Both the position numbers and the translations under genes were made by a program. Shown one piece after another: positions 53,301 through 61,140 of a stretch of DNA of 64,000 nucleotides. Under the pieces are notes generated by a model. That model worked only from the letters and a program-made list of their open reading frames with translations, was not told the DNA's origin and did not search any database. Positions within the stretch are counted from its first letter, which is position 1. Each line of letters begins with the position of its first letter. Location of the stretch: the NCBI RefSeq assembly GCF_036365525.1, contig NC_090383.1, positions 114,206,531 through 114,270,530 on the forward strand. The letters run 5' to 3'. The DNA is from Heterodontus francisci (taxonomy: Eukaryota).

Positions 53301-54181
53301 ATCAGTACTGTTGGTGTACCTACACCCCAAGGACTGCAGCGGTTCAAGAAGACCTTCTCAAGAGCAATTGGGGGTGGACAATAAATGCTGGCCTAGTCAG
53401 TGACACCCACATCCCAGGAACGAATAAAAAATGTATTCCAAAGTATGCTCTAGGCAGGGAAAAGCAAGGTCAACAGTGTGGGGAATAGGGTGTCCAAGTC
53501 AACATTTATCTCTACATTACTAAAGCATATTATCTGGTCATTATCACATTGCTGTTTCTGGGATCTTACTGTGCGCAAATTGGGGAACCCGTTTCTTACA
53601 TTGGAACCGTGACTAAACTTTAAAAGTCCTACATTTCCTGTGAAGCACTTTGGAACGTCCTGAGGTCATGAAAGGCGCGGTATAAACTCAAGTCTTTCAT
53701 AACAGCACAGAAGGAGCCCAAATGAAAGTTAACAAAAAGCAGTTGGATACAGTGATGAGGGGGGAGGGGAGGAGGGGGGGGGGGCGATACTTTGGGCCCT
53801 TTTGCATGGATGATTTAGGAGGGCACCTTCCTCATCCTTTTCGGTCTTGTTAAGGGATGAAACTCAAGAAAAAGAGGCCTTTCGGCCCATTGAAGCTAAA
53901 CCCTCCTAGCCGTCTCCCCAGAACATCCAGACGCACATTAGAACCACCGCCAAATAGTCTCTACCTCTACAAATTTGTCCAGATTATTCCACACATTAAT
54001 CGAAGTAAAGTAGCCTCTCTCCTTACAGCTGTGTTAAACTCATATTTCCATGCATGTCCTCTTGCTCCTAGTTGTCTACCTGCACTCACAACCATCCCAC
54101 AATAAGCAGACTTCCTTGAGAATACTCCCCAATCAGATTTAAAATAAAAGAAGTCCGGTTGAAATTCCTCACCAGCTTCAT
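20213..54181 (-). CDS. INTS9: Integrator complex subunit 9, complete gene, 17 coding exons, 658 aa
   Basis: Exons assembled by hand sum to 1977 nt with consistent phases and GT-AG boundaries. The peptide runs [20 protein letters not shown]...[12 protein letters not shown], co-linear with vertebrate INTS9 as I recall it (metallo-beta-lactamase/beta-CASP fold, pseudo-active-site ISNYH). Confidence 0.98.
20955..22765 (+). mobile_element. Two tandem CR1 LINE fragments (RT and 3' end)
   Basis: [15 protein letters not shown] and [15 protein letters not shown]; the homologous segment restarts at ~21975. Confidence 0.9.
23418..23555 (-). CDS. INTS9: INTS9 exon 16
   Basis: [46 protein letters not shown], 138 nt; includes a KKRKR NLS-like motif. 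Confidence 0.96.
23890..24185 (-). mobile_element. DeuSINE-like SINE, partial
   Basis: Family similarity. Confidence 0.7.
24450..24548 (-). CDS. INTS9: INTS9 exon 15
   Basis: [33 protein letters not shown], 99 nt, GTCAGT donor. Confidence 0.95.
24600..24912 (-). mobile_element. DeuSINE-like SINE, partial
   Basis: Family similarity. Confidence 0.7.
25342..25509 (-). CDS. INTS9: INTS9 exon 14
   Basis: [56 protein letters not shown], 168 nt. Confidence 0.97.
25723..26176 (+). mobile_element. tRNA-derived SINE (MetaSINE-like core) with LINE-B tail
   Basis: A/B boxes, core CTGGTTCACTAATG...GAAATCTGCC...GGTCTGGCCTACA...GACTCCAGA, tail shared with LINE-B. The family name is from recall. Confidence 0.8.
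26545..26900 (-). mobile_element. MetaSINE-like SINE with LINE-B tail
   Basis: Same family as 25723-26176. Confidence 0.8.
27053..27177 (-). CDS. INTS9: INTS9 exon 13
   Basis: [41 protein letters not shown], 125 nt. Confidence 0.97.
27442..27613 (-). CDS. INTS9: INTS9 exon 12
   Basis: [57 protein letters not shown](E), 172 nt. Confidence 0.97.
28341..28401 (-). CDS. INTS9: INTS9 exon 11
   Basis: [20 protein letters not shown], 61 nt. Confidence 0.96.
28676..28774. repeat. Inverted repeat, 46-bp arms, 7-nt loop, in INTS9 intron 10
   Basis: Arms 28676-28721 and 28729-28774 are complementary at 41 of 46 positions. Confidence 0.93.
28991..29171 (-). CDS. INTS9: INTS9 exon 10
   Basis: [59 protein letters not shown](W), 181 nt. 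Confidence 0.97.
30703..30814 (-). CDS. INTS9: INTS9 exon 9
   Basis: [37 protein letters not shown](A), 112 nt. Confidence 0.97.
31333..31467 (-). CDS. INTS9: INTS9 exon 8
   Basis: [45 protein letters not shown], 135 nt. Confidence 0.97.
32004..34250 (-). mobile_element. Penelope-like element (Neptune type), disrupted RT + GIY-YIG endonuclease + terminal repeat
   Basis: [25 protein letters not shown] and LPFLD (PLE RT); [23 protein letters not shown] (GIY-YIG with CxxC) at ~32690-32770. Confidence 0.92.
34338..34707 (+). mobile_element. MetaSINE-like SINE with LINE-B tail, full length
   Basis: GGTGGCGTAGCGG A box, GAGTTCAAATC B box, core and tail. Confidence 0.82.
35434..35554 (-). CDS. 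INTS9: INTS9 exon 7
   Basis: [40 protein letters not shown], 121 nt. Confidence 0.95.
35930..36120 (+). mobile_element. HE1/V-SINE-like SINE, 5'-truncated
   Basis: 3' half near-identical to 40631-40972. Confidence 0.8.
37210..37845 (-). mobile_element. LINE family B 3' fragment
   Basis: [19 protein letters not shown] motif and tail. Confidence 0.8.
38035..38730 (+). mobile_element. CR1 LINE 3' fragment
   Basis: [18 protein letters not shown] and CR1 tail. Confidence 0.88.
38911..38997 (-). CDS. INTS9: INTS9 exon 6
   Basis: [28 protein letters not shown](R), 87 nt. Confidence 0.96.
39770..40465 (-). mobile_element. CR1 LINE 3' fragment nested in a LINE-B fragment (~39545-39770 and ~40470-40500)
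   Basis: VRVWNALP...FKRELD; LINE-B sequence is split around it. Confidence 0.75.
40631..40972 (+). mobile_element. HE1/V-SINE-like SINE, near full length
   Basis: GCGCAGTGGTTAGCACC...GGTTCAATTC head, V-like core and (CTAAA)n tail. Confidence 0.88.
41025..41164 (-). CDS. INTS9: INTS9 exon 5
   Basis: [46 protein letters not shown](R), 140 nt. Confidence 0.96.
41689..41751 (-). CDS. INTS9: INTS9 exon 4
   Basis: [21 protein letters not shown], 63 nt. Confidence 0.95.
42165..43520 (-). mobile_element. CR1 LINE fragments (young copy 42235-43060 with a 201-aa open frame; older copy 43080-43520)
   Basis: [16 protein letters not shown]...[17 protein letters not shown]. Confidence 0.9.
43900..43960 (-). 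CDS. INTS9: INTS9 exon 3
   Basis: [20 protein letters not shown], 61 nt, taAG acceptor and GTATAG donor. Confidence 0.93.
44225..44652 (+). mobile_element. LINE family B fragment
   Basis: Homologous to 47700-48330. Confidence 0.8.
46020..46950 (-). mobile_element. CR1 LINE RT and 3' fragment
   Basis: FADDTK and [19 protein letters not shown]. Confidence 0.9.
47675..50893 (-). mobile_element. Near full-length LINE family B (AP endonuclease + RT, disrupted) with a tRNA-SINE head at its 5' end
   Basis: APE motifs (GLMPKLGEL...[22 protein letters not shown]), [11 protein letters not shown] and the family tail; 50572-50893 is a SINE head and body. Confidence 0.85.
51861..51988 (-). CDS. INTS9: INTS9 exon 2
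   Basis: ttAG|[42 protein letters not shown](S)|GTAAG, 128 nt. Confidence 0.96.
52480..53432 (+). mobile_element. LINE family B RT and 3' fragment
   Basis: 180-aa frame FTDD...[17 protein letters not shown]..., family tail. Confidence 0.85.
54173..54181 (-). CDS. INTS9: INTS9 exon 1 coding part (MKL)
   Basis: ATG AAG CTG|GTGAG at the edge of the CpG island. Confidence 0.9.
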
Positions 54182-54199
54182 CCTCCCCTTCAAGCAGCA

Positions 54200-54510
54200 A
54201 GAACCGTTTCCATGGAGAGCTTATTTTCCCCCCTCACCTCTCGCCAGGAGGTCAAATGTCAAAGTTCAAGGGGTCGGAGACGAGCGCCGGCGGGGGGGGG
54301 CTGGGTGTCTCACGCATGCGCTGACCGGCCGGCGCAGGGCAGGGCGGGATGTGTAGTCCCGCGCTGACCTCACGGGCGCCAGTCAGACTGCGGGGGGTCG
54401 GGGTCATTAACTACAAGTCCCAGCGGCCCCCGCGAGCGTGCTGGTGTCGGCCTGTGAGGGAGGGAGTGAGTGTCGGGCCCTCTCTGTGGGAGTTTGATGT
54501 TGTTAATCAT
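54200..54510. promoter_or_regulatory. Bidirectional CpG promoter with ZNF143/THAP11-type ACTACAnnnCCC motifs and an NRF1-like site
   Basis: ACTACAAGTCCCAGC at 54410-54424 (+), GGGATGTGTAGT at 54346-54357 (= ACTACACATCCC on -), ACGCATGCGC at ~54312-54321 and GC box GGGCGGG at ~54342. Confidence 0.75.
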
Positions 54511-54559
54511 GGCGGGTGTGAAGCAGACAAAGGCGCTGAGGCTCAATCCTGAAGTGCAG
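54509..54559 (+). CDS. Candidate first coding exon of an unidentified gene divergent from INTS9 (MAGVKQTKALRLNPEVQ)
   Basis: Strong Kozak (aatcATGGCG), 17 codons, then CAG|GTTTAA as a possible donor; further strong donors at ~54466 (GTGAGT) and ~54696 (GTAAGT). The product is not recognised and could be a uORF in a 5' UTR. Confidence 0.4.
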
Positions 54560-54811
54560 GTTTAAAAAAGTTTCTCGTGTGCTTTTAAAAAAAATATATA
54601 AATGAAAGAGTTACCTCTTTTTGGAAGAAAAAGGTCTGGTTATGTTTAAATGGATGAGGCTATTTCCAGTAATCACAGAGCAAGCTGAGAAGGTGGTAAG
54701 TGCTTTATTTATTTCTGCTGAGAGAGAAATGGAGGCTGTTTGTTTATTTTTATGTGTGGGAAGTGATCTTAAGTGTTGTTTTAACTTCAGGTCACTGTAC
54801 AGGATTTTATG

Positions 54812-54814
<3 letters not shown>

Positions 54815-54848
<34 letters not shown>

Positions 54849-54860
54849 GTGTGTGTGTGT
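54815..54860. repeat. Compound microsatellite (TA)16 followed by (TG)6
   Basis: Read directly. Confidence 0.95.
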
Positions 54861-56289
54861 ATCTTGCATTGAATCAACTCAGGGCTAGCGAACAGAACTG
54901 TCAAATTTTAAGGAAAATGCAGATTTATAATCAGGAAGATGACACTTGTTTAAACGCAAGCAAAGGTGCTCATGTTTTTCTTTTCCATAGTGCAATGCAT
55001 CGATATAAATAAGTGGTATTTAAAAAGAAAAGAATGAATGTTATTTGAAATGTGACATTTCTCAATATAAGGTCTCAGTGATGTTGGGAAGTTAGGATTG
55101 GTCCTCTCAAGACTCTCACAAGTGCCTTGCATGCGAGTAAGTTTCAAGTGGACTTGAACTACCTGATCTTGCTGTACTAGGGTGACTTATGACAGGTTTC
55201 CATGTGAAGTCATTAAAAATATGTGTAACTAAATTTCTCAGGTCTTCTATACTTTGCAAAGGATGATATCATGCAATGTTATCACCACTCGTTTAAAGCT
55301 GCATAAGTTATGGTAAAGATCATAGGTGGCCTGATATTCTTTCATTGTGACTTTTGACTTTCTATATTGTTGTGCATTGTGTGATTTACATCAGAGTTTG
55401 CATAGTTTTATTGTGAACCTGCCATAGCACTTAGATAGCTTGAAAGTTGAAGTCTGTGCTTGCCATCACTCTGTTATATTTAAATTGAGGCTGTGCAATG
55501 GATTGTTCCTCATTAAGTATCGATATAAAGGATCACATTCCCAATAAATGTAATTTTGTAACGTAGCTGGATATCTTGAAGCATGCTTGAAAAACTGGGT
55601 TTGATTTAAATTTGGTGCTGATTTTCTCTGGCTTATTTCATCTAGATGTTGTATATCTAAATGACAATAGCTGAATGCAGTTGAGTTCCTTATTTGTGAG
55701 GTAGCTGTACAAACTTGACTGAATGGAGTGGCAATGGTGGTCACATGTGGCTTTGTAAGAATGGCTGAAAACACTTGAGTGAACAAGTGACAAAATTAGA
55801 TCTGCCCAGAAATACCACATTTAAAGGAAAACTTTTCATCAGGCTGCATTAGAGATGTTTTTGTTTTTGTCTCTCCACGGTCTCCCTTGTGGCGCACCAC
55901 AATTCTGAGTTTCTAGCTCATGTATGAAGTTCTGTGAAGAGCAGGATGGTAACATCCTTCATGCCATCACAGAATTCCATGGTGCAGATTCCAACAGAAT
56001 CAGGGTGGCAGAAATATCTTGCCTAGAAGCAAAGTTTGTGAGAATGACTTGAGATTGGTTTGTTCCTGTAAACAGCAATAAATTATAGGAACATAAGATG
56101 AAGCCAGGGATGAGAAAAGACCATTCAATTCACTGAGTTAGTCCTTAATCATTTTAACTCGCCCAGTGAGCATCCAACTATATCTTCAATTCTGCAATGT
56201 CTTCAACTCCTATCTTATGTGGTGGATCCAAATATTTAACACCCTATGAGTAAGGAGATTTTTTTCCTAAGATCTTTCCATCTTTCAGT

Positions 56290-56590
56290 TGGAGATATTA
56301 CACTGAGGCCCTGTCTTCCCTCTCAGGTGGATCTAAAAAATCTCATGACACTATTTTGAAGAAGAGCAGGGGAGGTATCCCGGCCAATATTAATCCTTCG
56401 ATCGACATCACAAAAACAATTTATCTGGTTATTATCACATTGTTTGTGAGAGCTTGCTGTGTACAAATTTACTGCCATGTTACCTATATTACAATAGTGA
56501 TCATGCTTAAAAAGTACCTCATTAGCTGTAAAGCACTTTGCGACAACCTGAGGTTGTGAAAGATGCTATATAAATGCAATTTTGTTCTTT
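56290..56590 (+). mobile_element. DeuSINE-like SINE, partial (further fragments at ~53500-53700 + and ~57140-57390 -)
   Basis: Family similarity, tail GATGCTATATAAATGCAA. Confidence 0.7.
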
Positions 56591-59500
56591 TGAAGTGTGG
56601 TTGTCAGGATTTCACACGTTGTTGGAACTGAATTCTGACGAGTGTTTTCTGGAGCTTCAGCATAACCTCTGGATTTATACCGCTATCTTCTGGCGATACA
56701 TCTCAACATTCTGTTTGCTTTTAATTATTTCTCCACATTTTCTTGACATTGAGTTGTTACTGCAGGCTGTTTCCATAGGATACATATGTTCCAGTGATCA
56801 AAACTTGCATTTGGTGGTGTTAAATTCCATTTGCTAGTTACCTACAAAAGTATGACTTCTTCTGCAAAACCCTTATTGCAGTTCTCTTTATTTCAGTGTT
56901 GTCTGCAAATTTAGCAAGCTAACAATTTGTTCCTTTGCCGCTCCAATATCGGGTCAAAGCAAAGATTTCTGTAACCAGTTTTTACTTCCTCCAATGTAGC
57001 ACTATGCCTCTTAGGAGTACATTATTTCCTATCTTTTTGTCCAGTTTCTTATCCAGTTTCTCAGGGTTTCCATGTATTGTAGTTGAACTAGTAGTCTTTC
57101 AATTAGAAATTTGTCAAATGTTGTTTGGGAGAATGCAAAGCCTGGCACCTTTCATGTTCTCAAGATGTTCCAAAGCACTTCACAGCAATATACTTTGGAA
57201 GTATAGTCACCGTTATTTTATCAGCAAATGTGGTAATCAGTATGTGCACAGCAAGATCTCACAAACCACAAATGTGACAAATAGCTATTTTTAATTGCGT
57301 TAGTGGGAAGAGAAATGTTGGCCAGAACAACAGGGGAACTCATCCACTCTTTAAATAGTGCCATGGGATCTTTTATATCCCTGAGAGCTGCAATGAAGTA
57401 GCTGAATCCACTAAAGATGGGTAAAGGAGGAATCTGTCTTCAGATGCTGCTATTTCTGTTTTTATTTCAAGTTTTCAACCTTTAGCATTTTTCTTTTAGC
57501 GCTGTCAGCTGAATCCTGGGTTTGGCCTCTCCTTAATTACTCAGTCCGGTGCAGGCAAAGCCCATAGTTATTGTTTGGTCTTGTCTGCGAGATGCTTGTA
57601 GGATTAGAATCTCTGATTTGTGGGCTTGTGGTGGTGAGTTTAGCAGGTTGTCTGCTGCTTCAGTTTGCCATTAGCCGACTGAAATATGGTTTCCAGTGTA
57701 TTATTAAGTCTTAACATTTGGTGCAGTGATTTTACATAAAATTTAGAGCACAGAAACAGGGCATTAAGCCCATTGTGCCAGTGTTAATGCTGCACATGAA
57801 CTTCCTCCCACCGTGCCTTATTTCACCCTGGCCTATCTGAATATCCTTGTTTGCATTTAAGATATGGAAATGATTTCTCAGATAAGAATTGAACCTTGTG
57901 AAGGAAGTTCCTTTATATACAGAATGCTGGAGATGTCAACACTAGCTGATTTAGTATCTTGACTGATTTTCTCTTTCCATTTTTCTCTCTGTCAAGAACA
58001 CTAGTGTTGGGCACAGATGCCAGCAGACTTCCAGTACTTTGTCCAGTGGTTGTCTTTCAATTGTGAGCTTGAAAAACGTGTCAGCAAGCTATGTGCCCAT
58101 AGGGGCAGGACAGCTGAACTCATTCCTGTTGTCATGTGCAGTTTTCAGCAGTTGCAATCAGAACGGGGAATCCCCTTGCCAACACCGTCAAAGCAAATTA
58201 GTCAATCATGTCCTCTTTGTGGAACTTTGTCCCTAAAATGCCCTCCCTATTTGCCGACGTAACAATCACGACACAAAAAAACTCATTTTATGTAAAGCAC
58301 TTTAAGATGCTTGAGAGTTTTGTGGCGTTTCTACTGGATGTGCAAAGCCCATTTTCCACTGTACATGCACTGAAGAACCAACTGCTAGAGCTGTTGTTTC
58401 TCAGTGAAATTACTGTTTGTGTTTATCCTCTCTGTCTGTAGTGCTCTCAGACATCTTTGGAGCTTCCTGTGGGAAGAATGACTGGGCAGAACAATCAAAT
58501 AAATATCAGTGGCACCAATATACAAGAGATGGTTCCAGGAAGGAGCATGAGCAAAACAGTTACAAATGCAGTCATTCGAGGGGTTGGGGCAATATTTACC
58601 ATACAGTCCAATAGCCCTGGATACTTCGTTGCATCTGAAGTACTGGGATAAGGGACATATTATGTAACCCGGAAAAAAATTTACATGGGGAGGGAGAGCA
58701 ACATCATGGTTCATGTGGGAGCCAAAGATAAAAAAAAGTATGAATTTAAATGATCAGGAAACAAGTTTTAGGAAGAATAGGACTTAACAGGTGACAATCT
58801 CAGGACTGCTTCCCCAGCCATATGCTGAATGGAGAAAAGACTGAAGTAAGTGCAAGGGGCACCTAGACAAAAATCATGGGAACAGGTGTGGACTGTTGGA
58901 AAGATTAGCAAAACAAAGGCAATTAAAATATTGCAATGCACAGAGTGAGGGAAACAAAGTGGGAGAAATTAATTTACATGAAGATCTAGACTCAATTGCA
59001 ATAACAGAGCCCATCTGCAAATTGGCAAGAAGTGAAAAATAAACCCATTGAGATCTAATATATTTAGGAGCAATAGAAAAGATCACAAAGGAGCTGGAGT
59101 GGCTGTAAAAAAAAAAGGAAATGAATGACGTAGAGAGGACTGATATAGACAAAGTAAAGGATACAGGCAGATTCAATAAGGTTGGAGCTGAAAGATTTAT
59201 TTTTATTTTTTTAAAAGAACTTATTACAAAGTGCCAGAACCTAACAGGATGCATCCACAGACCCTAAGGAAGATACTGAGCCCTAAAGCTGATATTTAAA
59301 GGTTCTATTGTGTGGATAGTTACTGCAGATCTCCAAATTGTGGGAAGGAACTGTAAGAGGAACTCTGCAGTCAGACTAGAGAAATGAGCAAGAATGACAG
59401 GGTTAATGTTGTGGGAGATTTTAATTACCCACTTATCTATTAGGACAGAATGAGGCAGTAAGTGGAGAAAATAGGAATAGAATTCTAAAATGTATAAAAG

Positions 59501-60094
59501 ATTCCTTTCTCAAGCAGTATATTAGTGGTCCTGTTGTAGATCTAGCTTTGGGTAATGAAATAGATCAGGGAGATGAGCTGAATGTGGACGAGCACTTTGT
59601 AAATAGCGAGCCAATACAATAAAGTTCTAGATTCAACTAGAAAGGGAAAAAGTCAGTGCAAAACCTAGAACATCAGATTGGATTACGGCAGATTTTAGAA
59701 AGATGAGCACACTCACTGTGGTTTGAAGAGAAATTGGCACACAGCACCGTAGAGTAACAGTGGGATTTCCTTTTAGAGAAAGAGTTTGTAAAATTCAGAT
59801 TCATATTTTTTTAAAGGAAACTATTTGCACTTTAAGGGTGGCTTTGATAAAATAAATAATATTGAAAACCAATTAAAGTTAGAAAAAGAGAGGCTGCAAG
59901 AAGAATATTGAGAAAACTAAAGGAGAACATGAAAATATGAGGTTAAGATGTGAAGGAATCCGGCCATAATGAGGGATTAGAAGGTAAAAAAAAAATTATT
60001 TCCTTATGAATGAGGGGTTAAACAGTTTTAGAAAGGGTTCATCTTCCTAAATGGCCAAAAAGGTTCATCTCTATAATACTCGTTGGTAGAGGTG

Positions 60095-60693
60095 GAGGGT
60101 CAGAGGCTAGGAATCCTGCGGCGAGTAACTCACATCCTGACTCCCCAAAGCCATCTACAAGGCACAAGTCAGGAAGGAGTGTGATGGAATATTCTCCACT
60201 TGCCTGGATGGGTGCAGCTCCAATAACACTCAAGAAGCTCAACACCATCCAGGAAAAAGCAGCTCGCTTGATTGGCACCCCATCTACAAACATTCACTCC
60301 CTCCACCCCCCGATGCACAGTGGCAGCAGTGGGTACCATCTAAAAGATGCACTGCAGCAACGCACCAAGGCTCCTTTGACAGCACCTTCCAAACCCGCGA
60401 CCTCTACCAACTAGAAGGACAAGGGCAGCAAATGCACGGGAACACCACCACCTGTAAGTTCCCCTCCAAGTCACACACCATCCTGACTTGGAACTATATC
60501 GCCGTTCCTTCACTGTCGGTGGGTCAAAATCCTGGAACTCCCTTCCTAACAGCACTGTGGGTGTACCTACCCCACATGGGCTGCAACAGTTCAAGAAGGC
60601 AGCTCACCACCACCTTCTCAAAAGCAATTAGGGATAGGCAATAAATGCTGGCCTGGCCAGCGACGTCTACATCTCATGAATGAATTTTAAAAA
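60095..60693 (+). mobile_element. LINE family B 3' fragment nested in the solo LTR
   Basis: [13 protein letters not shown] motif and tail CCCATGAATGAAT-like. Confidence 0.8.
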
Positions 60694-60744
60694 ACTAAAA
60701 GCCTTAGTGAAAAAACTTGCCTCATCTTAGAACATAAAGACAGC

Positions 60745-61140
60745 TTTTTTTTATTCTTTCATGGGATGTGGGCGTTGCTGGCCAGGCCAGCATTTATTGC
60801 CCATTCCTAATTGCCCTTGACAACTAAGTGGCTTGCTCAGCCATTTCAGAGGGCAGTTAAGAGTCAACAGATTGCTGTGGATCTGGAATCACATGTAGAC
60901 TAGACCAGGTAAGGATGGCAGATTTCCTTCTCTAAAGGATATTAGTGAACCTGATGGGTTTTTACACCAATTGATAGTTTCACGGCAGCATTTCCATTCA
61001 GACTAGCTTTCAATTCCAGATTTTTATTGCAAATTAAATTCTAGCAGCAGCTATGATGGGATTTGAACCCATGTTCCCAGGGCATTAGCCTGGCCTCTGG
61101 TTTACTAGTTCAGTGATATTCCCACTACGCCACTGTCTCA
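60745..61140 (-). mobile_element. MetaSINE-like SINE nested in the solo LTR
   Basis: Same family; the LTR sequence resumes on both sides when compared with 45377-45750. Confidence 0.8.

Noticed and set aside
20390-54172. Minor (U12) introns in INTS9
   Set aside because: All 16 donors are U2-type GT; none has GTATCCTT or ATATCCTT.
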